From positions 14,546,651-14,610,650 of the forward strand of contig CM120647.1 of the NCBI GenBank assembly GCA_051362555.1: DNA of 64,000 bases. Direction: 5' to 3'. Positions 25,101 through 37,050 of this stretch are shown one piece after another. Both the position numbers and the translations under genes were made by a program. Under the pieces are notes generated by a model. The model was not told the origin of the DNA, did no database searches, and was given only the letters and a program-made list of their open reading frames with translations. How positions within the stretch are numbered: position 1 is the stretch's first letter; the number at the start of each line of letters is the position of its first letter. Origin of the DNA: Lingula anatina. Its lineage: Eukaryota; Animalia; Brachiopoda.

Positions 25101-27726
25101 AATCGGATTCAGCATCCCAAAATTATGCCAATAAGCCTAGTTCCCAACTTTTACCCCAAAATGCCCCTACTATTCATCTTTTGTGGAAATCCCACTAGAC
25201 TAATGGTAGAATGTTGAGAAAGCTGCTGGTTTTAATATATAATTGATGAATAAATGGGGGAATTTAGAGGTGAAGGAAATGTTTGTCTAGACCCATTACT
25301 GATGTTGGAGATATATCAGTTGAATTATTATTATTATTGTAAGAAATAGGTATTATAATGATTATCATATTTTTATTTCTTGGTTATAGACCCACTGAGG
25401 GAAGAAGTATCAGTTTTGTTTTAATAAGTTTTCTAATATTTTATTTTCATCTCAATAACCTGCCTAAGAAACTCAATATTTCTTTGCAGACTGAAGTTTT
25501 TTGGTTCTGCCTCCGCCACATCTTCAGTACGATACAAGGGGAAGAGGGACCTGTCAGAACTGGAGGCCTTCATAACAGAACAGCTGGCTGGAGAAGTAGT
25601 AAGATTATTAATTATTATACAACACTGCGTTATTTTATTAGCCTGTTTTCGGTAATGATTCATGCTTTTCAACTGGAGAAAATTGTGGATTTTACAAATT
25701 TTGCATTTTATGAAGTTATACAGTTTTGATTTTAAGTTAAAACATTCCTACTGAGTGATAGCAATACAAACGAAAAAGCTAGCCACCCTTAAGTTTTATT
25801 CTATATGGTAAATTTAAGCACCACAGACGCTACATAGAAATATGATGTTTTAATGAATTTTTACCCATTGAAAAGATAGTCATTAATATACATTAGCCAG
25901 CAGTATAGGGCAGTGAAACTTAAGCTGCAGTACATTGTAGTAAAACATATTTATGGATTTATTCAGTTTCTCTCCTCTGTTTCTGCTGTAAGCCAGTAGA
26001 TTTTAGAATTGTTCAACCTTATAATGTTAAATTTTTTTTATCTGGACTAGTGAATCCTGATTCAAACCAGTAGATTTTGGGAATGTGGTGGTCGGAATGC
26101 CTTGTAAGCTGAAATGATTATGGCACAGACTGGTACTAATGAACTGAAGGCATTCTTAACAGATTTTGGCACTAATTGCTGCTACACTCTCTTTTCTGGA
26201 TAGAATACTTAAACTTATACAGTATTTTGTTTTATTTTAAAGGCTGAAGCCCCAAAACCACCAGAGCCAAAGAAAAGTTTAGTTGAATTAACAACAGATG
26301 ACTTCCAGGATAAGATTGGACTAGGACACCATTTTGTGAAATTTTATGCCCCATGGTGTGGCCATTGCAAGCGTCTGGCACCTGTTTGGGAAGAGCTTGC
26401 GCGAACGTTTGAGCATGATGAAACGGTCACCATAGCAAAGGTATGCTGAACACGTGTTATTTTTTGTCTAAGGAAAAGAACGTAGTTGAATTTCTCTAAA
26501 GCACTTAAACAGGTTGAAACAATTTTGTAAAAGGGAGTATTATTTAGTCTCTTCAAACCTTTACAAATCTTTTCAAAATTTATCTATTTCTTTATTATTT
26601 TTTTTTGCATGTTTTTTGCCATGTTCATCTTATAAGTGGTGTATTTTTGTCTTACTTCAAATTTGCCGAGCATCTTTAAATATAAATGAGGCAGGTTCCT
26701 TTCTAATACCAAATAGAGCAGTGTGCCTTTGTTTCTTGAATTTTCTCAAGATTTTTTTCTTTTTGAAGGTCTTCCTTCATCCCTGATTAAAGATTGTCTG
26801 TCCATATATCAGCTTTATCTGACTTGTTTTATATTCATTTGTTTGCTATAGGTTGACTGCACAGCACACAATGTTGTGTGTCAGAAGGCAGACATCAAGG
26901 GATATCCCACATTGCTATGGTACCACAATGGAGTCAAGGTACTGTGTTGCTTCTTTCCTGATAGAATGTGTTAGCAGGGCATTTTCTCTAACATAATTTG
27001 TATGAAAACTTATGTCCCTGATGAAGTGTGTTAGCTGGGCATCTTCTCTAACACAATTTTTGTGACAAATCATCTCCCTGATAGAGTGTGTCAGTTGGAC
27101 ATCTCCTCTAACACAATTTGTATGAAAACTCATCTCCTTGATGAAGTGTGTTAGCTGGACATCTTCTCTAACACAATTTGTATGAAAACTCATCTCCTTG
27201 ATAAAAGTGTGTTAGCTGGACATCTTCTCCAACACAATTTGTATGACAAATCATCTCCAACACCTCTGTGGAGAGTTTGGCTCTTTATTCCTCCCTCCTT
27301 CCTGCCATATTTAATTATTTGTAAAATTATATTGGCATGTCTTGTTTATCAATGAGAATTGTTTTTTGTTGTGTTTATTTGATCATATCTGTGTTAGTTC
27401 AAAAAAAGATGGACACCTTTCAATCATTTATTGTCAATTTTAAAATGTGTAAAAGTTTTCTGATTACTTAGTTTGTTGAATTAAAAAAAAAAAAAAAAAC
27501 AGATGGGTACCTTTTCATTGTTTTTTTTTAGTTGAAAATATGTAAAATATATATATATGGACATCTATATTATATCATTTAGCTGGATACCTATGATGGA
27601 GCCAGAACACACAAAGATCTGAAACAGTTTGTGTCAAGAATGAAGGAGAAATCTGCTGACAAGGATGGGAGTGTTGATGGCAAAATTCCAGACAGTGTAC
27701 CTACGGATCATACTGAGCCCAATGTG

Positions 27727-27765
<39 letters not shown>

Positions 27766-28214
27766 TTGAAGTATTTTTCTGATAAGTCATCTGACAACTG
27801 TTACAGTAAGCAGTACTTGCTGTTTCAAAAATACTTTTAGTAAATTTTCTTATAAATGTTTTAAATTCAGACTCTCACTTTTGTCTGCAAAACTTGTTTT
27901 TCATGAAATTTCTTGATTTTTCCCAAAAATTTTGTATTGCTTTAAAAAATATGAATAAAAATTTATTTCTTTTTGTTTGCTTCATTACATTATGTTTTCA
28001 TTGTTATTATTTGAATGCTAGGTGGTGGCACAAGCAGTGGGAGATGATAATTTTGAAGAAACCATAGCAACAGGAACAACTTTTGTCAAATTTTATGCAC
28101 CGTGGTAAGTCTAAGCACCCGTCATATTGTTCATCAAGTGAAGGCAAAGGTAACTGGTTTGAAAAGAAAAGAGAGAGAGTAAGAGTGAATAGACAGACAG
28201 GTAGAGAGGTAGAC

Positions 28215-28257
<43 letters not shown>

Positions 28258-28970
28258 AAGAGGGTGAGAGAGAGAGAAAATACAGAAAGAAATTTAGAAA
28301 ATACAGAACCTTTATAATATTTATAAATTTATAAAATTTGTCATTTTCCTTCAGGTGTGGTCACTGTAAACGCCTGGCCCCAACCTGGGATGATCTTTCC
28401 AAGAAGTTTTCTGATCAGCCCAATATAAAGATAGTCAAAGTAGATTGTACACAATATGGGAACCTTTGTTTAAAGCATGGGGTAAGATGAATACTGTGAA
28501 AACTGCATGATTGTTAAGAATAAAGTAGTGGTTTACTTCAGTCAGTCGGTAAACTTGAATTGTTGTTTACTAGTGCCTCCAATATTTCTTTATTTTTATG
28601 GTGCTTTTTTCATATTGCACAGCTGAATATTTTTTTTTATGTTTTTATATTAAAAGTCCTGATATACCCCTTTTTGCCTTCGTGTTATTGGTAAAAATTA
28701 TACTTATGACTTCAAATCTAAAATTGTAGGTATATTAATACATCATCATTGTAATGGATTCACATGAAGTTATTAATGCATTGATGATATTCCACCATTT
28801 AGCACAATGAATTTGAGAGTTTTTTTCTTCTTTTCATGCCTCAGGTGCGCGGCTATCCTACTCTGACTCTGTTTCATGAAGGAGAGAAGAAAGGAGAACA
28901 CACAGGACCCAGAGATCTGGAGACCTTACATTCCTTTGTTGTCAACAACAAGCCACATGATGAACTCTAG
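19182..28970 (+). CDS. TXNDC5: Thioredoxin domain-containing protein 5 (ERp46, PDI family)
   Basis: Exons 19182-19345, 21088-21240, 25490-25598, 26243-26440, 26852-26938, 27583-27723, 28022-28104, 28355-28481 and 28845-28970. Signal peptide, three thioredoxin domains each with APWCGHC and YPTL, and a C-terminal HDEL*. Confidence 0.96.
20866..21031. mobile_element. CAG...CTG MITE, 5-bp TSD (hAT5-like)
   Basis: TTTAC|CAGGCCCTTAGCC...GGCTACAGGCCTG|TCTAC; related to 53191-53357. Confidence 0.55.
22114..22402. mobile_element. CAG(A/T)GGCGGAT MITE nested in the long-TIR element
   Basis: GTGAG|CAGAGGCGGATCCAG...TAAATCCGCCACTTG|GTTAG; approximate 5-bp TSD. Confidence 0.55.
23004..24030 (+). pseudogene. 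Degenerate Tc1/mariner transposase
   Basis: HTH region ([26 protein letters not shown]...[14 protein letters not shown]) and DDE remnants [18 protein letters not shown] and WP...[10 protein letters not shown], with frameshifts and stops. Confidence 0.85.
26955..27262. repeat. 60-bp minisatellite, about 5 copies (TXNDC5 intron 5)
   Basis: Unit ~TGATGAAGTGTGTTAGCTGGACATCTTCTCTAACACAATTTGTATGAAAACTCATCTCCT; the units line up on consecutive 60-nt lines. Confidence 0.9.
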
Positions 28971-28993
28971 AATTATCATATAATGGTGGGCAG

Positions 28994-29320
28994 GTTGCTA
29001 GACACCAGTTACACATTAAACCAGTTCTAAACTGTAGGCTACCAAGGCTAATAGTTCTAAAGTCATGTATACCAAGTAGTTGCTATGGCCAACAGTTGTA
29101 AACAGACTCGGTTACTATGGCTACCAGTTGTAAACCAACTCTGTTACAGCAGCTTAAAGTTCTTAAAAGATTCAGTTGCTATGGGCACCAGTTATGAACT
29201 TAATATATAGTTGCTATGGACACCAGCTCTTATCAAATTGATTTACTGTGACAACCACTTTGAATTATGTAACTATGGCAACAAGGGTTGACTTGATTCA
29301 GTTACCATGACCACTTGTTG
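28994..29320. repeat. Degenerate ~32-bp repeat array in TXNDC5 3'UTR
   Basis: Recurring GTTGCTATGG.(C/A)ACCAGTT units at 29079, 29111, 29175, 29210, 29269 and 29301. Confidence 0.6.
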
Positions 29321-29406
29321 TGACAATTAGTTCTCTAGTGATTCAGTGACTGTGACCATTTCCAGAACTATTTAGGTTAAAATCATCTTAAAACAAACTC
29401 TAGGAA

Positions 29407-29462
<56 letters not shown>

Positions 29463-29588
29463 CTGAAAGTCAGCTGGTGTATGCAATTCACAACCAGTTT
29501 AGAATTGGTTTGGATTTGGTGACCGGTGTCAATGAACTGGCCTTTCCACATGTGTCGGACTTTCAGGAACAGCTGCATTTCTTTTTTT

Positions 29589-29619
<31 letters not shown>

Positions 29620-30278
29620 GTCATGGGGGAGGGGGGTAGCGTGTTGTTGTGTCTATCAGTGTTACATGTCCGTTTGTAGCAGAATGGGTTAGTTAAGGTC
29701 TGTGAAAGCCTTAAACGTGTGTGTGTGTGTGTGTGTGTGCGTGAGAGAGAGAGAGAGAGAGAGAGATGGGTTATGATATAGCAACAGCAGTGTTCATAAG
29801 AGATATGAAGGAAGACTGCCATCTTTTGTAAATGTGTTTTTCAATAGTTTGGCATTCATGCGAACTTTTTGATGCCTGTAGAGTGTCAAAAATAGAATAC
29901 CGAGTCTTTCCAAAGTTTGTACCCATTAAGAATTTGTAGATTTATTTCAGTAACGCTATATATACTCTTTATATTGATATTTCACAAGGAAATTCCAATC
30001 TGTTTTACAATGTTTTACAATCCACTCGCTATGGTCTGCTGAAATCTGACCAATGTGACACAGTTGTCCTTATGTATAAATGCATCTAGTTCAAATTATA
30101 ATAAATTACTACAATCAGGTTTACGTTTTTGTAATTTTATGTCAGCTTGATTGGCCGAATGACAGTCCATATTTTGATATGAAAGCCAGGTTTGTCAGAT
30201 TGCACCTTCATAGCAGATACGCAGGCACGCATCCTGCCTATAGTAACGTTAACTTGACATTATTCGTTTTTGCCAATA

Positions 30279-31312
30279 GGGGAGACCGGGGCTAGTTGGC
30301 CCAGTTAGACACTTTTGACCTTGTAGAGCCAACTAGGAATGGGTTAGAGTAACAAAACCGGTTTCAAAGTAAGCCCCATGAACTAAGCTACGTATGCAAC
30401 GCCATTATTTTTCAAATATAATGCCAGATGGGTCACAATTTGACAAAAAGCGCAGTTGATGTCAAGGGGGCCAACTTGCCCCGCCACGGGGCAAGTTGGC
30501 CCCAGGGTCGGGGCAAGTTGGCCCCCCTATACAAAAATGAAGTATATATCCCATGTAAACGCCTTGAAATACATTTTTATACATTTTTAATTTATTAAAT
30601 TGATTTTTGAGAGTCTTTGATGAATAAATAGTTCAAATGAGGCAGATTTATTGAGGTTTCCGTACGTCACGTTGTGTGTGTGTGTGTGTGTGTGTGGGGG
30701 GGGGGGGGTATGTGTTGCAAGAACCAAAAAATCTATCAATAAAATTTGTTTTGCTTTAATTAAGAATAAATTAATAATGTTATAAAGCAGGTTTTTAATG
30801 AATGAAAACGAATAATAAATTTTCGTTTTAAAAGAAAGTAACAAATTCAGTTTTAAACCATTGAGTTTGTTTCAACAATGGGAGCGGTGGAAAATCCCCT
30901 TGGGGCCACATATAACATTATAAATACAATAAAATCACCTTACAATGAATTAAGGCAAAATAAATGTTTTTCTGAGGAAAGTCCAATGGATTTACTTTCT
31001 AATACATACAATCAACAGAACATTTCTAATATAAATTTTCGAAAAGACACCAGAGAGCAAATTAAAAAAAAATCAATCAGACGGTAAACACTGGCAAGCT
31101 TTGTCAATTTCACCAATTACTTTTAGGTGCAAAAAAAGTTTATTTGGACTCACCGCTTAATTAAAACTTTTTAACGGCCGACACTTCCTTAGCATTGTAG
31201 GCTACGGTTACTTTACAAGAGTATGTGGCCAATTTCTTAACCTCGTAGTTACTTTTTCATAAAATGACGGGGGGCCAACTTAACCCGGGGTCCAACTAGC
31301 CCCGGTCTCCCC
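30279..31312. mobile_element. TA-TSD non-autonomous Tc1/mariner (pogo-type) element
   Basis: TA|GGGGAGACCGGGGCTAGTTGG...CCAACTAGCCCCGGTCTCCCC|TA, with internal repeats of GGGGCAAGTTGGCCC. Confidence 0.8.
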
Positions 31313-31475
31313 TATACTACGAGCTGTATTGTCTTTTCTTTCTATAAGGGCAAAATCAAATATGCAACAGACATTTTCACAGTATGATAAATTATTACTC
31401 AAAATGTTTTTGAATGAGACATATTAGTTGTCAGTAAAGGTGCAGGTTTTTATTCGTCTGACTGTCAAATTTGGC

Positions 31476-32619
31476 TCATTCTTGCTTCTCGACAGACGGA
31501 TCTCCATCACGTGACACGCCAGTCGGTTTCCGGGCAGCGTGTTTCCCGCCAATTGTCCTCATCGTTATTTTGTAGGCCACGTGGGAACCGATGATGACCA
31601 GCAACGACTGCTGGGGGATGACGATGAGGTAACAGAACAAAGAAAGTTTGGAGTTCCACAGGTCCACGTGCATCATTACAAACATCAGCATTTGCGGGAT
31701 GAATCGGAAGACGAAAAATGACACTGAAATATTAAAAACGAACATTTAGGAAAAGACGGGGAATATAATATGACAGATGACAAAGGGCAAGGCTATATGA
31801 ACGTGGATTTTCACAGTGTGATTCTGTATAATATTTGGGGAGGGGGGCTGATATCAGATGGTAGTATTTTTTAATATTCTGCGGTTGTCATTATCAGTAA
31901 AGGTGGAATTAACCGGATTGTCAAGAAAGACGCTCCACGTCCCCAAGTTTACATTAGAGAACATCATCATCATCATCATCATCGGCATTTAAGTTTTGGT
32001 CCTGAATAAACAGGGTTGGGCCTTTTCCCAAGATGTATCAAGTTGGTAATTAAGAAAAAAGAGAGAGAGAAGATGGGGTTCGCGGAAGAAAAGAAATTAA
32101 CCGACCATTTCACATTCCGTTTTTCGAATATTTTTAATTGGAAACAACAAGGAAAAAAAACACGTGATAGACATAAGTACCTACCAAAGTATAAGATGTT
32201 GATATTGAGATAAACAGCCGTTCCTCGTTTCCCTAGAAGAGACAGTAGTTTTCTGGCGTGCAGGAAGACATTGGAAAGCTCGCTTAGGTAGTCTATGGCA
32301 CAGTAAACGTTTATTCTGCCGCATGGCGGTAGTTGTGTTATCGTGATGAAGAAAAATATCTGGAAAAAAGATTGAAAGAAGAAAATGCAACTGCTATCGT
32401 TTTGGTAATTTGCTTTGCAAGACAAATATATAGATCCAGTGAAGTCACAGTTATAAATTGTATTATCATTTAATTTAAATTAATTTAATCGTTTAATTCG
32501 ACATACTTAGACCTCACATGAGAAATTAAATGTTCTTAACTTATAACCGGGTGGTTGTGATATCAACACGCATGAAAATATTAAAATAGGCCTATAACGT
32601 TGATTAATCTGGTGTTTTT

Positions 32620-32674
<55 letters not shown>

Positions 32675-35600
32675 GAGGAGGAGGGGGAATTTGAATCTTA
32701 CCAGCACATGGTGAGCGTACATATCAGTGCTCCCTATTGGTTCATCACTAATCCACATGTCTAGGGTATCGTAAGCAAAATATCCTGGAAATCCGAAAAA
32801 AACAAAAAACAAAACATAATTAGGCCTACATGTAATTGCTATGAAGCAATTATGGGGGTTATCATTTAGTATTTAAATATCTTAAACCCGCCTTAAGCTT
32901 GCTTCCCACTCTTGGTGCTTGCCTAAATTAAGGAGAATGTCATGTGCGGTCTGATTAAAAAAAAAAACGACTTTTTGTCTGTATTTTTTAAAAATTAAAA
33001 CAGCCATTGTAGTATTGGGAGTTTTGCTTGTTTTGAAGGTCGTTAGAAGGTAAATAGTCAAAACATACGTGTGCGACGCATGTGGGAACCAAACTGTCAG
33101 GCGTAATAAATAATAATGAACACATACAATTAACTAGAGGATCAGAGAGGCGATACCGCCTCCGAATATTGTACCACCAGCTGGAGCAAGCGCATTCGTA
33201 TAGACCCCCACATACACAAAATAATTTTCACAATTTCAAGGTCACAGTAAATTGCCAGTATATGACTTCCTATTCAAGTTCAAGAGTAACTATGGACCTA
33301 TCTCTGCCAGTTTTGGAGACAAAAGGAAAGCAAAATTTGCAAAGTTCAGTTCATGGTGAAAAGTAGGTCAAAGGTAAATTTTAAGGTCACATTTAGATTG
33401 CCAGTATATGACTTCCTATTCAAGTTCAATAGTAACTATGGACCTATCTCTGCCAGTTTTGGAGATAAAAGGGAAGCAAAATTTGCAAAGTTCAGTTTAT
33501 GGTGAAAAGTAGGTCAAAGGTCAATTTTAAGGTCACATTTAGATTGCCAGTATATGACTTTCTATTCAAGTTCAATAGTAACTACGGACCTATCTCTGCC
33601 AGTTTTGGAGATAAAAGGAAAGCAAAATTTGCAAAATTCAGTTCATAGTGTAAAGTAGGTCAAAGGTCAATTTTAAGGTCACATTTAGATTGCCAGTATA
33701 TGACTTCCTACTCAAGTTCAATAGTAACTATGGACCTATCTCTGCCAGTTTTGGAGACAAAAGGAAAGCAAAATTTGCAAAGTTCAGTTCATGGTGAAAA
33801 GTAGGTCAAAGGTCAATTTTAAGGTCACATTTAAATTGCCAGTATATGACTTCCTACTCAAGTTCAATAGTAACTACGGACCTATCTCTGCCAGTTTTGG
33901 AGATAAAAGGAAAGCAAAATTTGCAAAATTCAGTTCATGGTGAAAAGTAGGTCAAAGGTCAATTTTAAGGTCACATTTAGATTGCCAGTATATGACTTCC
34001 TACTCAAGTTCAATAGTAACTACGGACCTATCTCTGCCAGTTTTGGAGATAAAAGGAAAGCAAAATTTGCAAAGTTCAATTCATGGTGAAAAGTAGGTCA
34101 AAGGTCAATTTTAAGGTCACATATAGATTGCCGGTATATGACTTCCTATTCAAGTTCAATAGTAACTACGGACCTATCTCTGCCAGTTTTGGAGATAAAA
34201 GGGAAGAAAATTTGCAAAGTTCAATTCATGGTGAAAAGTAGGTCAAAGGTCAATTTTAAGGTCACATTTAGATTGCCGGTATATGACTTCCTATTCAAGT
34301 TCAATAGTAACTATGGACCTATCTTTGCCAGTTTTGGAGATAAAAGGGAAGAAAATTTTGCAAAGTTCAATTCATGGTGAAAAGTAGGTCAAAGGTCAAT
34401 TTTAAGGTCACATATAGATTGCCAGTATATGACTTCCTATTCAAGTTCAATAGTAACTACGGACCTATCTCTGCCAGTTTTGGAGATAAAAGGAAAGCAA
34501 AATTTGCAAAGTTCAATTCATGGTGAAAAGTAGGTCAAAGGTCAATTTCAAGGTCACATTTAGATTGCCAGTATATGACTTTCTATTCAAGTTCAAGAGT
34601 AACTACGGACCTATCTCTGCCAGTTTTGGAGATAAAAGGGAAGCAAAATTTGCAAAGTTCAGTTCATGGTGAAAAGTAGGTCAAAGGTCAATTTTAAGAT
34701 CACATTTAGATTGCCAGTATATGACTTCCTATTCAACTTCAATAGTAACTATGGACCTATCTCTGCCAGTTTTGGAGAAAAAAGGGAAGCAAAATTTGCA
34801 AAGTTCAGTTCATGGTGAAAAGTAGGTCAAAGGTCAATTTCAAGGTCACAGTAAGAATGCCAGTAAATGACTTCCTATTCAACTTCAATAGTAACTATGG
34901 ACCTATCTCTGCCAGTTTTGGAGATATAAGGGACTAAATGTTATAATTTTGGAGTTACCATAATGTGCCTTGAATTTCGTACAGAAAAAATTAATTAAAA
35001 TAAAGAAAATGTCATTTTGGTCAAAATTCTTGAAATAGGAGGTGCTATGAAGTTTCAGAAGTTCAAATTTGATGAAATAATGTCATTTTTGAACACAAGT
35101 TGTCTGCTTTGCCAAGCCTTATGTTTTATTTTTCCAGAGTTCAAAATTTATTATCCATTACCGTACTGCACATTTTGCTTTTACCACCAATATGTACTTT
35201 TTGATACAGCGTAACTCGAAAACCGTATGGAATACAAAAAAACCGAGACCACCTTCAGTGTTGGGCTTTACATGCTCTACAAAATGCAAAAAAGAATGGG
35301 TCTCTAGCATTAACGGTTCCCGAATTAGAGACATTTTCAGTTTCGGTATCTTATGGCCGCTACTCCCGTGAAAATGCACCGATTAACCCCAAATTCATGG
35401 AGATGAAAGATGACCGGAAGGGTAACACTTTCCAATAATATTATTGGTTAAGTCTGTGTAGTGTCTGAATAACAGGGAAAAAAAAATTTTTTTCGTAAAA
35501 AATTTCATTTTTTTTTGAAAATTTTGGCCCATTTGACCTTGAAGTAAAGGTCAAAGGTCAAATCCAAGGGTATATTTGAAATCTACACATATGACTTTTG

Positions 35601-37050
35601 GAAAGCCGTCTATAGACATTTTTCCCATAACTCCTTCCGTAGGGTAGATAATTAGCATTTAATTTTGCCATTTTTAGACAAGGGTGCATTGTAATGAGTG
35701 CCACACCCAGACCCCAATACCGACAAAGCCCAAATTTTACGTGGAACGAGTTGAGATTATAGGTGACCTAAATCCATGAGATGGGTACGGGGGCCCTTAC
35801 CGTCTAGGAGGAGAAGCGGTAACGGTAGCCGTCCGGCGGAGCCGGCGGAACGATCCGGACGGGACCGAAACCATGTGTACCGCCAGCGCTAACGCTGGTG
35901 GTACAATTAATAACTTACCCTGTATTGGAAGGCCAACGCGTGGAGATGAATAATTTAAAAAGATAACTTTTATAAGTATTTACTTTTAAGACCCCCCCCC
36001 CCCAACTTTGAAATTGCTGTCTCTAGGCATTTTTAGTCATCTCCGTAAACGCTGTGGACATCCCTAATTCTGCCATTACATTCTCAAAGTTACTCTCAAT
36101 GTTAATTACGATGTCATATTCTTACCTGCGGCAACGCAGTGTAGATAAAAAGACTGCGGGCTGCTTTCCATCCACCCATCCCCCGTCAGAACGCTGGAAA
36201 GTAAATAAATGAAAATGATGAATTTAGAGTCAGCTACTTTTATCATTATTTTCTGAGCCTACACCATGAAGACAGAGTAGACTTTTTTCGAGATCTCTCC
36301 CTCCCTTCAGAGAAAACAAGATAAGATAAGATAAGATAAGAGTTTATTCAGCCATTAATATATAAATATAAAATTCATATAAAACGGAAATTGAAAAACA
36401 AGATGAAAAGCTAAAAGTGAGGACCTTTGTCGGCAATTTGGATCATTATTTTTTATTATTTTCAAAGGGCCTAAAGATGGCATTTTATCTCATCCCCTCC
36501 CCCACCCAGCGTACGGTTTGTATACTCGTGAAAATGATGATAAAGATGGATGACCCCTATACGAAAAACCACTTAATTTTCTCTGCCTGACAAAAGGAAT
36601 AGCAGTAGTGTAGAAGTGTTGACATCAGCGTTGTCTATGGAAAATCTGGTGACTTTGCTTTAAATGTAGCCCAACATCTCTCTCTCTCTCTCTCTCAAAC
36701 ACGCAAACACTGAACAATTAAGGGGAATATGGACCCAGTTCCACTCCTTGCTTTTTAACGGAATAGCTGTACTACCGATTTTCATTTTTTTCCTTTTGCA
36801 TTTAATCTAATTCAGGTTACCTTCATGATACTTACATCGCCAGTGCGGCCACCCCGCAAACCAGCGCGTGAAAACATGACGTCGCGTAGTTACTCCAGCG
36901 GTTTGGAATGGCGGCACACGCACGCGGAATGCCGTACGCCTTGACCAGTCGCTTGACCAGGAAGAAGAACAGGAAAGATGACGGACAAATGACCGCTATT
37001 GCCTTGGTTTTCCACTTCAGCTCTTCCCAGTCGTACGTCTGGTCCATCAT
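31476..37050 (-). CDS. TLC (TRAM-LAG1-CLN8) domain membrane protein, TLCD1/2-like
   Basis: Exons 37050-36836, 36193-36126, 32784-32702, 32359-32185 and 31723-31476 join in frame. TLC motifs WSNYATSCFHALVCG, GYFAYD, YAHH, SELSNVFLHARKLL and FFVFRF; several TM segments; AATAAA on the minus strand at ~31449-31454. Confidence 0.85.
33132..35910 (-). mobile_element. HINE copy C (full length) with expanded central tandem array, in TLC gene intron 2
   Basis: Minus strand: TT-rich start, subTIR/IR TTGTACCACCAGCGTTAGCGCTGGCGGTAC, GC-rich CGTC/CCGG tract, body, tandem array, subTIR GCTGGTGGTACAA, hairpin GAGGCGGTATCGCCTC, CTAG|TT. Confidence 0.8.
33232..34930. repeat. 146-bp tandem array (about 11.6 units)
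   Basis: GTAGGTCAAAGGT recurs at 33363, 33509, 33655, 33801, 33947, 34093, 34238, 34384, 34530, 34676 and 34822. Confidence 0.95.

Larger units (their letters stand above)
21461..25202. mobile_element. Long-TIR DNA transposon derivative, Academ-like, in TXNDC5 intron 2
   Basis: ATG|TAGTCTAGCGAGATTT...AAATCCCACTAGACTA|ATG gives a 3-bp TSD with TAG...CTA termini. Near-perfect ~550-bp TIRs at 21461-22015 and 24657-25202. Confidence 0.7.

Noticed and set aside
28970-30100. Selenoprotein or SECIS in TXNDC5
   Set aside because: All three active sites are CGHC with Cys codons, and there is no in-frame TGA.
33232-34930. CRISPR-like array
   Set aside because: Whole 146-bp units are near-identical with no unique spacers, the context is eukaryotic, and no cas genes are present. 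The same applies to 26955-27262.
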